The notes beneath the pieces are model-generated. The model did no database searches. It was not told the DNA's origin and worked only from the letters and a program-made list of their open reading frames with translations. Below, piece after piece: positions 61,958-64,000 of a stretch of DNA of 64,000 bases. The stretch is taken from positions 1-64,000 of the forward strand of contig JBEWZL010000213.1 of assembly GCA_045837725.1 (NCBI GenBank), in the 5' to 3' direction. Positions within the stretch are counted from its first letter, which is position 1. Each line of letters opens with the position of its first letter. A program made the position numbers and the translations under genes. This stretch comes from Vermamoeba vermiformis. Lineage: Eukaryota.

Positions 61958-63575
61958 TTAAGCACTAACAGGAGTGTAACCACCCTTACCAGTGCACTTG
62001 CCAATGAGGAACTTGAAGCCGTCCTGAAAAAATCGTTGCATTAGACAAAGCGCAATTCGCAGTACATTTAAATGAATACTTTAAGCAATAAATAGCATAT
62101 TATTCCAAAAATAATTCATTACAAAGCTAAAATAGCTAATAAATTTCGTTCCCAAAAGAAGCTTCGGAAACGAAACAAGAAATTTGAATAGACAATTCCA
62201 ATTATCGATAACGAGACCGTAGTATTGTCTAAAATATGTATATAGCCATAAATATCGAAAATGTTAATAAGACTTACGCCAATCAAAGCGGGCAAATCGC
62301 ACCAGAACTCAGAGTTGGGAACCATTTCCTTGCCGCGTTGCTTCTTGATGGCAGCGTTGAAGATGAGACCACCAACGAAGTAGACGAACAACAAGCAAGC
62401 AACGCTATATTTAAAAATATTTGTTAATAAAAAAGCCTTGCTGGATCTATCAAAATTAAAACGGGACAAAACGAAGCAAATAACGAAAAAAACTGTTAGA
62501 CCGCAATAATAATCTAGAAGGGTTGTATGGTGTGATTTAATACCGCGTAATCGAGTTGAACGCCGAAAAAAATTGGATTAAGGTTTGATCCGTATGTTTT
62601 AACGCTACTTACATGATGATGAAGATCCAGCCACCATCCATACCGCCAGCAGGGCAAGCGTGAGCAGAGGTACCGTTGATATAGAAGACAGGGGGTTGTT
62701 GCTGAACAAATAAGTTAGATCTGATCGGATGTGTGCTGGATTCTAGAATGACATGTCGTCCGAGCTCAATAATAATACTTACAGGCTCAGCACCATAAGG
62801 AGTTCCCCAGTTGATAACGTTGGTAGCCTCTGTAATTGAGGAAATTTAGTAAATACGAAAAAACGTTTCGAATCGCGCATGCGACTTACTAGCATCGCAA
62901 ATAAGAGTAACAACGGTAGCACGAGGGCCTTGAGGGTTGCAAGAACCGCACATATCACCACCTTGGTATTGAATTTGGAAACCGTGACCATTGTCTGAAA
63001 AGAAAAAGTCAGATCGGGCGCTCATTTTAATAGATAAAGCAATGTAACTTTGTAACAATTATGAATTGCATATTACTTAATTATTTGATTGAATTATCGC
63101 AGTTTGGTTGATTTACTTACTCAAACCAGTGAGTTGAGCAGTATCCCAGTGACCGAAGCACTTAGCGTTGGTAGGAGCAGGACCCCAGCTCTGGCAAACA
63201 CCAGCAGTGTTGGGACCAATGCAAGAGCCAGCGCAACCGTAAGGAGAGTTGGCGCAGATAGAAATGTTAAAAGTGTAAGTGGAACCACCAGAATTTTGAG
63301 TAGCTTGCCAAATGCTAGTAAAATACAAAATGTTAATAAACATGCACGAATATTATGCGCGAAGTAATTTTAGACGTCGTTATTATTTTTGGAAAATATC
63401 TTTCCATTGAATCCGGACGCGATGCGAAAATTAAAAAATAACGATATACTTACTTGTTAGCGAAAAAAGAAAGGTCGTAGGCAGAACCGTCAGCAGCCTT
63501 GAGCTTAGTGCTGCAAGAAGGAGCTTCAGCCAAAACAGTGGCTACCAAAGCCAAGCAGATTAAAGCACGAATCAT
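61958..63575 (-). CDS. Cation-dependent mannose-6-phosphate receptor / ATG27-like type I membrane protein
   Basis: Signal peptide, YDLS, YTFNISIC, GVCQ, YQGGD.C..R.TVVTLICD, HACP..GGWIFII, YFVGG.IFN..G.EMVPN.EFW, tail GYTPV (YxxV). Confidence 0.85.
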
Positions 63576-64000
63576 TGTTTGATAGGATATAACACACCAA
63601 CGAATGTGGTTAGACTCTTAGTTGTGCTTTTAAACGTTTATGAATAAACAGAAAATAAATAAAATGATTTTGCTTCGTTTTGATTTTTTGGTGGAACTTT
63701 CTCACTCGCGCAAAAAAAATCAGAAGTTACCCACCGTTGTAAGAATGCACAACTAGGGACTACCAATCGAACAATTGTCGTTATGCTTTAGCTATGCTAG
63801 CAAGGCGACTCCTTTAGAGAAACACCGAGCGAATTGCGCCATAAGTAATTAACAGCTCAAGGTAGGCACCTTTATTATCAATAGAAATTCGCGACCGAAG
63901 ATCAATTTCGAGTTCCGTAGCGTACCATTAACCATGCAATTCAAAATCAATTGTTGAAAGACCGATCAATCAATTTTTTTGATCAAGTCGAAATTGAGTT

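Overview
Gene-dense eukaryotic DNA with short spliceosomal introns, mostly GT-AG with a few GC-AG. The gene content suggests a free-living protist, most plausibly an amoebozoan (inference only). About 26 protein-coding genes and one intron-nested tRNA-Pro(CGG) can be supported. Recognisable genes: SAC1, F-box/WD40, a PX sorting nexin, G-alpha, ADP/ATP carrier, glycogen branching enzyme, F-BAR/SH3, TACC-like, Frizzled-CRD+VWD, TSEN34, ABCD, ArsA, DUF924, a GBP-like GTPase, a GH38-like/DUF5054 hydrolase, a MARCH RINGv ligase, a CAP protein, a sugar porter, SMYD and an M6PR/ATG27-like receptor. Most notable observations: (1) two tandem genes fuse an F-box to a degenerate EF-1alpha-like body, and one copy has an exon inverted in place between GACAC/GTGTC half-sites; (2) the palindrome TGACACGTGTCA recurs in introns and intergenic DNA and sits at that inversion junction; (3) a bacterial-type two-domain ArsA has gained introns and a probable mitochondrial presequence and lies between ~245 bp direct repeats; (4) a tandem three-gene family pairs a ubiquitin-like domain with an RRM-like domain; (5) a divergent STAT-like gene with a pseudo-SH2 lies in a CpG-depleted patch. 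All exon boundaries and family calls were made by eye, without database searches.
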